DNA of 64,000 bases from Candidatus Latescibacterota bacterium (GTDB lineage: Bacteria > Latescibacterota > UBA2968): the NCBI GenBank assembly GCA_965198115.1, contig OZ240241.1, positions 8,362,056-8,426,055 of the forward strand, read 5' to 3'. The number at the start of each line of letters is the position of its first letter. Position 1 is the first letter of the stretch. A program made the position numbers and the translations under genes. Shown piece after piece: positions 31,208 through 41,254 of this stretch. Below the pieces are notes generated by a model that worked only from the letters and a program-made list of their open reading frames with translations, had not been told where the DNA came from and made no database searches.

Positions 31208-32506
31208 TTAGGATTTGCCACGAAATAAGTGCTGCACTTTTCAAGGTAATGATCTTACGCTCGGAGTGTGGACGTCGAAACTCTCCGAACGAAGTATGAA
31301 GCCTTGGCTCCGGTGCTGACGGAACGCACGCGTCGTCTGTGGGCCGCCACGGAAGCCGAAGCGTTGGGTCACGGTGGGATCGCGATTGTGGCTCTGGCGA
31401 CAGGAATGTCCAGAGAGCGGATCTTTCGTGGCATTCAGGAGTTGAGGTCGGACGAACCTTTGGACCCGGCTCGCATCCGGCGTCCAGGCGGCGGTCGTAA
31501 GCGGAAGGCCGACACGGACCCGACGCTGTGGCAGGACCTGAATGATCTGGTCGAGCCAACGACTGCGGGGTCGCCTGACGACAATCCTCTGAGATGGACA
31601 TCGAAGAGCACTCGCAAACTGGCCGCCGAGTTGCAAGCGATGGGGCATTCGGTGAGCCCCAGGATCGTTGCCAATCTCCTGCACGAACACGATTACACGC
31701 TGCAGGCGAATCGGAAGACAAGGGAGGGATCTGCACACCCGGATCGGGACGCTCAGTTCGTTTACCTCGATGATCGGATTAGCCAGCAGCAGCAGCAGGG
31801 CCTTCCCGTTATCTCGGTGGACACCAAGAAGAAAGAGTTGATCGGCGACTTCAAGAATCCTGGCCGAGAATGGCGACCCAAGGGAGACCCGGAGCGTGTG
31901 AAGGTACACGATTTCATAGTGCCTGCTCAGGGCAAGGCGATCCCTTATGGAGTGTATGATCTGAGCCGTGATGAAGGCTGGGTAAGTGTCGGTATCGATC
32001 ACGACACGGCCAGCTTCGCCGTGAATGCGATCCGAAGTTGGTGGAAGAACATGGGACGGCCCGCCTACGGCACTTCGACGCATCTGCTAATCACGGCGGA
32101 CGCAGGCGGCAGCAACGGCGCCAAGACGCGGCTGTGGAAGTGGGAGCTGCAGCGCTTTGCGAATCGCACTGGCCTGACGATCACCGTATGCCACTACCCT
32201 CCTGGCACTAGTAAGTGGAACAAGATCGAACATCGCCTGTTCTCCTTCATCGCTATGAACTGGCAAGGCAAGCCCCTGGTCAGCCTGGCTGCAACCGTGA
32301 ATCTCATTGCCGGAACGACCACTCAAGCCGGTCTCCGAGTACGCTCCGAGATCGACAAGCGACCCTACCCTAACGGGGTCAAGGTGACCGATGAACAGAT
32401 GACCCAAATCGATCTCACTCCGCACGATTTCCACGGCGACTGGAACTACACGATCCGGCCAATGGCTCAACATTGAGATCGACCGTTTATTTATTCGCGA
32501 ACCCTA
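31208..32506 (+). mobile_element. ISAzo13-family element
   Basis: Ends TAGGATTTGC..AAATAA / TTATTCGCGAACCCTA at a TAA target; exact ends +/-2 bp. Confidence 0.85.
31268..32476 (+). CDS. ISAzo13-family transposase
   Basis: RRPGGGRK, LRWTSKS, ISVDTKKKE, ADAGGSN, GTSKWNKIEHRLF, HG.WNY. Confidence 0.93.
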   Translation: MDVETLRTKYEALAPVLTERTRRLWAATEAEALGHGGIAIVALATGMSRERIFRGIQELRSDEPLDPARIRRPGGGRKRKADTDPTLWQDLNDLVEPTTAGSPDDNPLRWTSKSTRKLAAELQAMGHSVSPRIVANLLHEHDYTLQANRKTREGSAHPDRDAQFVYLDDRISQQQQQGLPVISVDTKKKELIGDFKNPGREWRPKGDPERVKVHDFIVPAQGKAIPYGVYDLSRDEGWVSVGIDHDTASFAVNAIRSWWKNMGRPAYGTSTHLLITADAGGSNGAKTRLWKWELQRFANRTGLTITVCHYPPGTSKWNKIEHRLFSFIAMNWQGKPLVSLAATVNLIAGTTTQAGLRVRSEIDKRPYPNGVKVTDEQMTQIDLTPHDFHGDWNYTIRPMAQH

Positions 32507-32575
32507 AGTCTTCTTCCAGCGCGCGTAGGTGGTCATACTCGGATTTTGGGATCGTCACCATTTTGGTCATAGCTC

Positions 32576-32830
32576 TCACTCCTTGTAGGCGCTTCCTCGG
32601 ATGGTCACGTCGAGAACGTGCAGCACGACTCCAGAGCGCATAATGATGCGCCAGCCGCCTACCCGAAGTCGTGACAAACCGTCAGAGCCTTTCAGCCTCG
32701 TGATGTTATTGGCCTGGGATTCCGGGTCTTCCGCATAGGCCCTGATCTTCTCCATGATCCGTTCCGCCCAATTGCGAGGCATCCGTGTCAGGGCCTTCTG
32801 GGCCGTGCGGCTGTAGGCAATTTCTTTCAC
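32576..32830 (-). CDS. RelE/ParE-family toxin
   Basis: 84 aa; IAYS..A.KAL..M...RI...I..Y...P...N...LKG...RLRVGGWRII...RGSAY; directly upstream of the HTH antitoxin. Confidence 0.85.
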   Translation of the reverse strand: MKEIAYSRTAQKALTRMPRNWAERIMEKIRAYAEDPESQANNITRLKGSDGLSRLRVGGWRIIMRSGVVLHVLDVTIRGSAYKE

Positions 32831-32836
32831 AGGAAC

Positions 32837-32865
32837 GATATAGCTTAAACTTGTCATGTAGTCAA
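32837..32865 (-). promoter_or_regulatory. Sigma70-type promoter of the TA operon (probably leaderless)
   Basis: TTGACT-17 bp-TATATC, ending 6 bp before the GTG start. Confidence 0.65.
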
Positions 32866-33339
32866 GGGCTACACGTGGGGGCGGCCCAGGGCGGCGGGCG
32901 GTCGCTTCGATCCGGGCGAGCACGTCGGCGGTGATTCCGTTCGATGGCCTGGACCGTGCGCCGCACCTCTTCGTTAACCGGCGATTCGAGGTCGGTGGCG
33001 CGGTGTCCGGGCTGCGATGGCTGCGAGCGCGAATCGGATCGAGGATGGCTTGCGGCCGGATCGTGCGAGCTGGGTCGGCGTAGGCCCCGACGCTTTCCGG
33101 CGTGGCCGGGCGGACGGCGAAACCGTGAGCGGATGCCCACGCGGAAAACTGGCCCCATCCGCGGCGGTAGGCGGCCCTGGTCGAGGGCGCGACGGCGGAT
33201 TCAAGGCGTTCGGCGAGCTGGTCTCATTATTGGAGGGGAGCAATGGACAACCGACAGACACAACCCAGAACGCAAACCCGACCGAGACCGACTCGGTTTC
33301 CCTGGCGTGCGGCGGTGTACCTGACTGCAGGCGAGGGAG

Positions 33340-33518
33340 CGCCGCGCCCGGACGGAGGCGCAATGAACTCGGACGAGCGCGCACATCCCTCTGGTGCTAA
33401 AGGCGCGTATCGTGCGATGGTTGAGTTTGCGACGGCCAGTAGCCTTGTTAGGACATCTGAGAGAGGTTCATCCGGCGCCGACGTGCCGTCCCCCTCGCCG
33501 ATCGCGGCCGCAAGCTGC
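33340..33518 (+). repeat. ~180-bp repeat, inverted copy at 38766-38945
   Basis: Near-identical reverse complement (CCGGACGGAGGCGCAATGAACTC...CCCCTCGCCG). Confidence 0.9.
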
Positions 33519-33924
33519 TTAAACCTGAGCGCGAAGGTCTGCGACGTAGGACTGTTGCCGGGAGGGTCTCGGCGTTCTTGCTAGCTAGGTGGTCGGTCGC
33601 ACGACCTGCCTGCCCGCAAGCAAGTTCACCTCTCTTTCCGCAAACCTGAAAGCGCCGGGCTTTATCCTCTCTGTTTTTCTTACGCCGTCCGCCCGCTGTC
33701 GGTTTTCTATCCCTTCGGTTTCGATCGCCCCCGCTTGCCAGGAGGGACGGTGGCCTCGTTCTGACGGACGGACCCCAGGCGCTCGACGTGCGTGCCGAGC
33801 TTCCTGATTGCCGCGACTGCCCCGCCGGCCGGACGCCGTGGGACCTCGTGCAAGAGAACGACGCACGGTTCGACGCCATGAGCGAAAGGGAGGCAGGCCA
33901 AAATCTTAGAGAGGTGGGGAACGT

Positions 33925-34485
33925 TTAATCGCGTGAACTCGTTTTGGGCTTCCCCGTGTAGTCGGTCAGCGCCACGGGGCCGAATCCTTGCCCATCTTTC
34001 TGATGGGCCAGCCAGGCCGCCTCGACGAACCGGGCCGACGCCCGGACCTGGAGTCCGGCCCGATGGGCTCGACTGCCACGAACACGCGCCACAATCTCGA
34101 CCGTATCGCCCGCGGCCGCCTCATGGCCCGGCGCCGGGGAAACGAAGTACCCCTTCAGGGTTTCGACCGCCCGGTCGAACCGCTTCCGCGCGGCATCGTC
34201 CGCCGTCGGGTCGTTCGGGTCCCACCAATTGCCCACCAGGTTCAGGACCTCGCGCCAGCCGACGAAGACCACCGGGCCGGGTCCGGTCTTGCCGCTGTCC
34301 GGACGAAGGTCCGGGGCAATGCCTAGCTTGCCGTCCCACCGTGCGCCAAGACGGTATTCGAGACCGGTCACGATTCGGCCAGCCAACGACTGCTTGCCCG
34401 CAAGGAACCGCCGGGCCGACGCCGCCGAACCTTCGCCGGTCAGAGTCCACCGTTCGCCCTTCGCCGCCAGTTGCCGCGCCCACAA
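33925..34485 (-). pseudogene. Fragment (copy 1) of an unknown gene ending GQGFGPVALTDYTGKPKTSSRD
   Basis: Highly similar to 37891-38469 and to the ends of 49139-50200; 5' end cut by an IS3 relic. Confidence 0.7.
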
Positions 34486-34504
34486 CGGGCGGGAGGCTCG
34501 TTTA

Positions 34505-34621
34505 GTTGAGTCCAGCCATCAAAGGCCGGGCTTCCCGTTGATCGTAGTGGTGCTGTTCAAACTCGCGTGGCGGGATGTCTCCGATCGGTTTGAGCAGCCG
34601 CTTGTTGTTGAACCAGTCGAG
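34505..34621 (-). mobile_element. IS3-family transposase 3' fragment
   Basis: DWFNNKRLLKPIGDIPPREFEQHYY. Confidence 0.65.
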
Positions 34622-34839
34622 GTTCCGCCCAGATTTGTGCCAATTATACATCGTTTGACGCGAAACCCCCCGCACTCTCGGGCCATAGTTTTCGTCTGGC
34701 CCGAGATCTCAAGCCTGGCGCACAGATGGGCGCACTCGATTGTTTTTTTGGTGAGCGTCATCGGTCCCCCTTCGCGCCATCCAAATTTGGAGACGCAAGA
34801 TCTTGTTTTTACACTGGTTTAAGTGTTTCCGACACCTGA

Positions 34840-35093
34840 AAAACCCCCTTTCGTCGACAACGGCCGCGATGCGCCGATCCGGAACGAAAATTAGGACGGA
34901 TTAGTAAAAGAAACGGGACATGACCGGTATCCGGTAAACGGGGAAAACCTTTCGCCCCCCCCTACCCCTGTGGTGTAATGAATCGCCCGCTACCACCGTT
35001 TAGGGGAGTAGCGGGCGACGTTCTGCTCTTAGAGGAAAGGTTACCCTGCTGGCGCCTTACATCTCCTGTTCGTCCTCCTGTGCACCCTGGGCG
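34840..35093. repeat. ~250-bp diverged direct repeat, mostly non-coding; second copy at 41255-41500
   Basis: Shared blocks GGAACGAAAATTAGGACGGATTAG, ACCGGTATCCGGT and hairpin TCGCCCGCTAC...GTA(G/A)CGGGCGA. Confidence 0.88.
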
Positions 35094-35590
35094 GCATGCT
35101 TCTCTTCTTCGTCCGGCACTTCCTCTTCAGGCGTCGGGGTTGCAGCTACCAGCATTTGACGAACGGCCCGCTCAAACTCTTCACAAGTTTGTGCGATTCG
35201 CAGCTTTTCCGTGTTCGATACTTCGGCCTCTGCTCGCAACTCCAAGCATGTCATGCTAGTCCCTTTCAATGTTTCACATTCAGAGACAGAAGGGCTCCTT
35301 GCCACGTTGTCTCCAATCGCGTCTCGAAGCCGGTCTATCTCGGCGGCGATGAGGGCATCGGCTTTGATGAGTAAACCTTGCCGCTCTTCAGGGGTATAGG
35401 TGGACGGGTCCGGGGGTAGACTTTGTAGAAGAAGGGTCCGTGCTTCACCGTCACCACCGATTGTCTTTTGTGTCCTAGGGCCAGGTCCCTTCCCGATCGA
35501 GGGTCCGAGAAGGGGGCGCTTTTCTATCCAAGCAACTCTGTCAAGGTCCGTTTCAGCACCGCCAGTTCCCACGGCTTGGGTATGCTGCAA
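35057..35590 (-). CDS. Hypothetical protein (probably 5'-truncated)
   Basis: Open frame; its last codons (GAQEDEQEM*) recur as GAQEDVEET* at about 41474-41503. Confidence 0.55.
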   Translation of the reverse strand: MQHTQAVGTGGAETDLDRVAWIEKRPLLGPSIGKGPGPRTQKTIGGDGEARTLLLQSLPPDPSTYTPEERQGLLIKADALIAAEIDRLRDAIGDNVARSPSVSECETLKGTSMTCLELRAEAEVSNTEKLRIAQTCEEFERAVRQMLVAATPTPEEEVPDEEEKHAAQGAQEDEQEM

Positions 35591-35710
35591 GGCCCACTCG
35601 AAAAGTTATCCTATCGGTAACTTTTCCGCTGACGAAAGTTAACTAATACATTAACTTGGTGGCGTCACATAAAGACCGTCTCCCCTACGGTCATCTCTCC
35701 CCGGGAAAGG

Positions 35711-36064
35711 ATGCTCGATGGGAGTTGTATTCTTTAGGACGGAGAAATGGTAGGGAGCCGGCGCAGGAATTTCTCGATACCTTGACCCCACAGCAGCTTC
35801 TAAAGGTCGAGTTCGTGTTCCGACTCATCGAGGATACGAAAGGGTTTGTTCCGGCAAACTTTTTCAAGAAACTCATCGGGTGCTCCCGACATTTGGGAGA
35901 TTCGCGTTTCAGCATTGGGTAGTGCGTTACGATTTCTGTCCTTCATTGATCAGGGCAGTCTGATCATCGTCACGCACGGCTTCGACAAGAAGACCCCGAA
36001 GATCCCCCAGCGCGAGATCCGGCTTGCCGTATCACGAAAGAAAGACTACGAAAGGAGAGCATAG
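35711..36064 (+). pseudogene. HigB/Gp49-like (RelE/ParE superfamily) toxin, frameshifted
   Basis: NGREPAQEFL..L, KKLIG/APDIWEIRV, IIVTHGFDKKTPKIP.REI; frameshift near 35879. Confidence 0.8.
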
Positions 36065-36171
36065 GTAATTCGCCACCCCAGTCCGGTGGATTGGTGAAGA
36101 AAACCTGGAAACCCGGCCGCACTCTATGACGGATGCGGCCGGGTTGGGAGGGACCACAAGGAGGGGCGAAA

Positions 36172-36465
36172 ATGTCCAAAGCCACCACCCCCCGTGGCAG
36201 GAGTTTCCGCGATTACATCGAACAGCGGAAGAAGACCGATTCTGAATTCGCCAAAATTCAGGGCGAAGGGTACGAAGAATTCAAAGCCGGTGTTCTTCTG
36301 AGGATGGCCAGGAAGGAGGCCAAGATGACCCAAGAGCAGGTCGCCGAAATCATGGGCACCAAGAAATCCTTTATCTCGAGAATCGAGAACAAGAACGATG
36401 ACATTCGCGTGTCGACGTTCTTCAAGTTCCTATCTGCAGTAGGGAAGGAATTGCGAATAGCCTAA
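36172..36465 (+). CDS. HigA-like XRE-HTH antitoxin
   Basis: LRMARKEAKMTQEQVAEIMGTKKSFISRIEN; AAGGAGG RBS. Confidence 0.88.
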   Translation: MSKATTPRGRSFRDYIEQRKKTDSEFAKIQGEGYEEFKAGVLLRMARKEAKMTQEQVAEIMGTKKSFISRIENKNDDIRVSTFFKFLSAVGKELRIA

Positions 36466-36555
36466 GTACAGGAGATAACGCTGCACGGATAATCTGCTTA
36501 ATGCGCCATACCCTTGGCGGCCCAGGTCGCCCACGGGAAAGGTAAGGAGGGTAGT

Positions 36556-37659
36556 ATGTGGAGAAGTTTCCGTCGTGTGATTGTGGTGGTGCTTGCCGGG
36601 GGGGTGTTATGGAGTTGTGGCAGCGAGGCGCCCGAAGAGATCGCCGTGGGCGTCGTCGTGTCCCTGACCGGTCCCAATGCGTTGTACGGCCTGTCGGTGA
36701 GGAACGGTTTTGAGCTTGCGCTCGAAGAGGTCAACGGATCAGGTCTCATCGCCCCCAAAATCCGGTTCATCGTCGAGGACTATCGAGGCACGGCTGCGGG
36801 TGCGGTGGAAACGTTCGGTAAGCTGATCCACCAAGACAGGGTGCCCGTGATCTTGGGTCCGGGCATCTCCACGGCGGCGGTGGAGGCATTTCCGTTCGCG
36901 CAAGAGAATCAGGTGGTGGCGTTCAGCTCGATCTCGTCGGCGGCGGGGTTGAGCGCGATCGGCGATTTCATCTTCCGTGCGAGTCTTACCGTCGATAGGA
37001 TGGTGCCGGTCGGCGTGGCGACGACCCGGGAGAAGCTGGGGTATCAGAGGGTGGCCGTGCTGTACGATCGGATCGATCTCTATTCCCAGAGCGGCTATGA
37101 GGCGTTAACGGAAGCGTTCGCGGACAACGGCGTCGAGGTTGTCGCGACCGAGACGTTCGAGACGGGCGACACCGATTTTTCGGCGCAACTGACGCGGATA
37201 GAGGCGCTCGACCCGGATGCCGTCTTCGTCTCGGCCTTGTCGCCGGAGAGGACCTTGATCCTGCAAGGCCGTGACCTGGGCGTTCCTTTTATCTTCCTGG
37301 GGATGACGATCGATGAGGTCCAAGCTGCCGGTGCGTCCGCCGAAGGCGCCATCACGTTTACGGGGTGGACCCACACGGCCACGACACCCGGGAACCCGGT
37401 TTTTGTCCAAAAGTATGGGGAGACATACGGGGAAAACCCGAACCCTTGGGCGGCGCAGTCGTATGCCGCGGTGTATGTTTTGGCAGAAGCGCTCGCGAAG
37501 GCAAAATCGACGGATGCGCGCGCGATCCGGGCGGCGATGGCCGGCATCCGGGATTTCGACACGGTTCTGGGATCATTCTCTTTCGATGCTGACGGGGACG
37601 CGATCTACGACCCGCTGATCCTGGTCGTCAGGGACGGCAGGCTCGAGGTCTTCGAATAA
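36556..37659 (+). CDS. ABC transporter substrate-binding lipoprotein, branched-chain amino acid (LivJ-like) family, copy 1
   Basis: Lipobox LWSC, SLTGP.A.YG, VILGP, FIFRA, TDFSAQLTRI, AAQSY.AV. Confidence 0.9.
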   Translation: MWRSFRRVIVVVLAGGVLWSCGSEAPEEIAVGVVVSLTGPNALYGLSVRNGFELALEEVNGSGLIAPKIRFIVEDYRGTAAGAVETFGKLIHQDRVPVILGPGISTAAVEAFPFAQENQVVAFSSISSAAGLSAIGDFIFRASLTVDRMVPVGVATTREKLGYQRVAVLYDRIDLYSQSGYEALTEAFADNGVEVVATETFETGDTDFSAQLTRIEALDPDAVFVSALSPERTLILQGRDLGVPFIFLGMTIDEVQAAGASAEGAITFTGWTHTATTPGNPVFVQKYGETYGENPNPWAAQSYAAVYVLAEALAKAKSTDARAIRAAMAGIRDFDTVLGSFSFDADGDAIYDPLILVVRDGRLEVFE

Positions 37660-37799
37660 ACCGTGCCACACCGGAGGGCGTACTGCGATGAGCGATGATC
37701 TGATTGGCACGATCTGGGTGGGCGTCGCGCTGGCCGCACTGCTTGCCTTTGTGTTTGGCGTGGTGATCTCGACGTGACCTGCGCCGAACGATAAAGGAC

Positions 37800-38469
37800 G
37801 TGGGCTGCTGGCGCGGACCCGCACGACACAGCCCCGGGCGGACGCGCCGTCGAGCTGCTGGACGCGCAAAGCACGGCGTCCGGCCTGTACGTGATCGGCC
37901 CCCCGTTGTGGGTGCGGCAACTGGCGTCGAAGGGCGAACGGTGGACTCTGACCGGCGAAGGTTCGGCGGCGTCGGCCCGGCGGTCCCTTGCGGGCAAGCA
38001 GTCGTTGGCTGGCCGAATCGTGACCGGTCTCGAATACCGTCTTGGCGCACGGTGGGACGGCAAGAAAGGCATTGCCCCGGACCTTCGTCCGGACAACGGC
38101 AAGACCGGACCCGGCCCGGTGGTCTTCGTCGGCTGGCGCGAGGTCCTGAACCTGGCGGGCAATTGGTGGGACCCGAACGACCCGACGGCGGACGATGCCG
38201 CGCTGAAGCGGTTCGACCGGGCGGTCGAAACCTTGAAGGGGTACTTCGTTTCCCCGGCGCCGCGTGGCCATGAGGCGGCCGCGGGCGATACGGTCGAGAT
38301 CGTGGTGCGTGTCCGTGGCAGTCGAGCCCATCGGGCCGGACTCCAGGTCCGGGCGTCGGCCCGGTTCGTCGAGGCGGCCTGGCTGGCCCATCAGAAAGAT
38401 GGGCAAGGATTCGGCCCCGTGGCGCTGACCGACTACACGGGGAAGCCCAAAACGAGTTCACGCGATTAA
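37800..38469 (+). pseudogene. Fragment (copy 2) of the unknown ...KPKTSSRD gene
   Basis: Inverted near-duplicate of 33925-34485; its 5' part matches about 49345-49465. Confidence 0.7.
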
Positions 38470-38765
38470 ACGTTGGACCCACGTGCCAGGCGCACCGTAA
38501 TCATCTCGGTTCTCCTCCACCGTCCGGTCTAGGCCCACGGCCCGACGATCCGGTCCTCTGGCTAAGTCGTTGATGACGCGGATGGTAGCGGGCTGTTTCA
38601 TTCAATGGGGTAGGGGGGGGAGAAGGCTCAAGGCCCGTATTCGGATACCGTGAGTGAACGGTTTCTTTTGCTAAAGCGCGGTAAATTCGTTTTTTCGGTT
38701 TTAAGCGAATCGAGGGATTCGATGAATTCAACATGCTGGTATTTCTGTCCGATTCTGGCCAACGG

Positions 38766-38945
38766 GCAGCTTGCGGCCGCGATTCGGCGAGGGGGACGGC
38801 ACGTCGGCGCCGGATGAACCTCTCTCAGATGTCCTAACAAGGCTACTGGCCGTCGCAAACTCAACCATCGCACGATACGCGCCTTTAGCACCAGAGGGAT
38901 GTGCGCGCTCGTCCGAGTTCATTGCGCCTCCGTCCGGGCGCGGCG
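38766..38945 (-). repeat. Inverted copy of 33340-33518
   Basis: Direct sequence comparison. Confidence 0.9.
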
Positions 38946-38974
38946 TTTCATGCGGACTCTTGGGGTCTACAGAA

Positions 38975-39058
38975 GCGACGGCAAAGTGGGAGAGCAAGAT
39001 CGAACTCATCCAGCACCCAGTGCCACTCGACATGAACACCCTCACGGCGCTCAAGGCC
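38975..39058 (+). pseudogene. Internally deleted fragment of a plasmid RepA (RepA_C/IncW-like)
   Basis: WESKIEL/IQHPVPLDMNTLTALK matches 63178-63270. Confidence 0.65.
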
Positions 39059-39072
39059 AGATAGGGACGAAC

Positions 39073-39393
39073 ATGAGCTCACTGTATCTGAACAAGTTGA
39101 GTAGGGAACAGAGAGAGGAGTTGGTTGCCACGTTACTGAGTAGCCAGAATGGCAACTGCTTCGTCTGCGGCAAGACTGTTGACCTTGCCGTGCATGGCAA
39201 CAGCGCTGACATTGATCACATTGAACCGATCAAAGTCGGCGGCAAGGATGTCCCTGAAAACTTCGCTGTCACTCACGATTCGTGCAACCGCATGAAGAAG
39301 GCGAGCGACTTGCGTGTCGCGCGAATCCTGGCTTCATTCGATCAAATTGCCGAGTCGATCTCGGAAGAAAACCGCGCTCCGAATCTTGGCGAT
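39073..39393 (+). pseudogene. N-terminal fragment of an HNH endonuclease
   Basis: QNGNCFVCG...IDHIEP...GGKD..ENF..TH..CN..K; reads on into the antisense of the neighbouring fragment. Confidence 0.75.
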
Positions 39394-39394
39394 A

Positions 39395-39652
39395 TGTACG
39401 GTACGCTTTCGTCCGTTCTACCTCCGGTACTGGGAGCGCAACCGACTGCATCAGAGGGTATAGATAGCTCTCTGCAGGAAATGTCCAGTTGTTATTCCTC
39501 GAAAGCTTGATGACTTTCTCTTCCTGGTTTCCATCGAAGGAGAGAATGGCGACGAAGTTCTCAAAGGACCGACATCTTCGGACGGTTGACGGACCGCCGG
39601 ATATCCGTTGGCCAATCTCCAGGGCTTTCTCCTCAAGCTTTGAATCTGTCAC
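39395..39652 (-). pseudogene. 5' fragment of a cassette gene, aminoglycoside/choline phosphotransferase-like
   Basis: VIKL......E..L..LM....LPVPEV; starts about 30 bp after the attC GTT. Confidence 0.45.
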
Positions 39653-39682
39653 ACGAGGGTCCTCATCGTAGTTCCGGCTGGC

Positions 39683-39769
39683 ACATAACGTTTGGCAAGT
39701 TGCGAACCGGCGTTAGCCGGTTGGGTGGCTGGGGTTGGCCGGGGTGGAGCGCAGCTTGACCTGTTAGCT
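39683..39769 (-). other. Integron attC recombination site
   Basis: Minus strand AGCTAAC-AGGT-CAAGCTGCG ... CGCAACTTG-CCAAAC-GTTATGT; the APRT stop TAA lies inside the inverse core. Confidence 0.75.
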
Positions 39770-40294
39770 GCTGACGATCGGCATGTGAACCGCGTGGATG
39801 TTGTACTGTTTAATCACTTTCTTCGTCTTCCGAGTGACGTCAGCGACAAGCACTGAAGCTCCGACGACCGTGGCTCCCAGTCGCTCCATCAACAGGATCA
39901 AGGCCTTCATTTGCGCGCCGGAGTCGATGACATCATCCACGATCAGAATTCGATCACCTGGCTCCACAAGGCACCTATTCACCTCAAGCGTCTTCCGGGT
40001 GTTCGAGAAGTCCACGAAAGAAGTGATTGACTTGTGTCGCTTGAAGATGGGGAGCTTGTCGCCCTTCCGTACCGGAATAAAGCCCTTCCCAAGCCTCTGA
40101 GCGACTGCACTCCCCAGGATGAATCCCAACGCCTCTGGACTGGCTACCTTGTCGAAGTCGACGTCCCTGAACGGCCGCGAAAGATCCAGAATCAGGTGCC
40201 TCCTGACCTCTGCGTCATTGCATAGAGGTGTCAGGTCGACCTTGTCTCCGGGAACTCTTCGATCAATGTGCTCTCTGTAGTAGGGCCACTTCAT
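39764..40294 (-). CDS. apt: Adenine phosphoribosyltransferase-like (type I PRTase), cassette-borne
   Basis: PEALGFILG, FIPVRK, ILIVDDVIDSG PRPP-binding motif. Confidence 0.8.
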   Translation of the reverse strand: MKWPYYREHIDRRVPGDKVDLTPLCNDAEVRRHLILDLSRPFRDVDFDKVASPEALGFILGSAVAQRLGKGFIPVRKGDKLPIFKRHKSITSFVDFSNTRKTLEVNRCLVEPGDRILIVDDVIDSGAQMKALILLMERLGATVVGASVLVADVTRKTKKVIKQYNIHAVHMPIVSS

Positions 40295-40336
40295 TGGGTA
40301 TTGGTTCCAAAGGTGTTCTGTCCTTCGTTTGCAGCT

Positions 40337-40445
40337 TGCGGATTTCGGTGAAAGTTTCCACCCGTTTCGGTTCAAAGTTGCCACTGATCGGAGCGAAGCG
40401 ACGCTGGTGTTTGTGATGATGTGAGAGTGGCAACTTTGGGTCAAG
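40337..40445. mobile_element. IS21-family terminal relic
   Basis: TGCGGATTTCGGTGAAAGTTTCCACCCGTTTCGGTTCAAAGTTGCCAC with a reiterated box and an inverted copy GTGGCAACTTTG. Confidence 0.65.
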
Positions 40446-40839
40446 TTTTGAGGTGGAAATCGGTGTGTCTTGCCCCGGTGTTTTTAGCCGAGTCTGTCAG
40501 TATGGCGGGTGATAGCCTCCGTAGGTGTATGAGGGGTGGCAGTTGGGGATCGAGGTGCCCTGTTGCTGTCAGAATGTAGGCGAGGAGGCAACGAGCCCCC
40601 TGTGGATTGGCTGTTCGTATATCGGGGTGACGGGCATGGTGATTTTGCGCTCTGAGCGGTCTTAACCTGTGTTCCCCGTTTCGTTTTGGGATGTTTTTCA
40701 TGTTTTGCCTCCCTTCTTTCGGAGCGAGTCACCTTTGAGTTCGGGCTCGACATAGTGCCATAGGAGTACTTACAAGGCGCAACGGCCCAAAGCGGTTGTC
40801 GGACCTACGCCTGGATGTCCCTTTCTTTACGCGAACGCG

Positions 40840-40947
40840 TTTGGCACATTCCGGGGGATCGGGACGCGAAACGTTCTCGACCTCCGACGGGTCCACGACC
40901 GGCAGCACCGCCAGGGAGACGGCCGATTTTCTACCCCGCTTCGCCAC
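40840..40947 (-). pseudogene. N-terminus of a P27-type small-terminase-like protein
   Basis: MAKRGRKSAVSLAV...RPDPPE, then similarity is lost. Confidence 0.4.
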
Positions 40948-41179
40948 TGCTCAGCAACCGTTCGACGTTCTGCCTGATGTAGTCGGGCTCCCATTCGGCC
41001 AATTCGCAGTAAATACCAAACATCCGACCCTCCCGAATAAACCGATGAGCAGACCAACGAACATCCTTGTCTTTATCGGCCGTCGCATCCTGGACTGCAT
41101 GAAGGAGCACCGCCCGAGCTAAACCCACCCAACCGACAGTCCGAGTGCTGTTTTGGGCATGTCTTCTGCGCTTCGCCAT
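40931..41179 (-). CDS. Small phage-type hypothetical protein
   Basis: LARAVLLHAVQDA...A.RF.....F...CELA...PDYIR pattern. Confidence 0.5.
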   Translation of the reverse strand: MAKRRRHAQNSTRTVGWVGLARAVLLHAVQDATADKDKDVRWSAHRFIREGRMFGIYCELAEWEPDYIRQNVERLLSSGEAG

Positions 41180-41254
41180 TTCCAGGAAACCCCCACCTTG
41201 TAGACAGGCTCAAGCTATTGAATTTAAACGCACTTAAGCGAAAAAGACAACCAA

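Larger units (their letters stand above)
30905..32570 (-). pseudogene. XRE-HTH antitoxin split by ISAzo13
   Basis: MTKMVTIPKSEYDHLRALEEDL / ADIQTALTIEAR...LRVWREFRDLSQAALARTAGV..VQIVEIEAG joins in frame across the IS. Confidence 0.85.

Noticed and set aside
38899-39510. 203-aa ORF as a complete HNH nuclease
   Set aside because: It is a chimera of repeat and RepA-derived sequence, an HNH N-terminal fragment and the antisense of the cassette gene.
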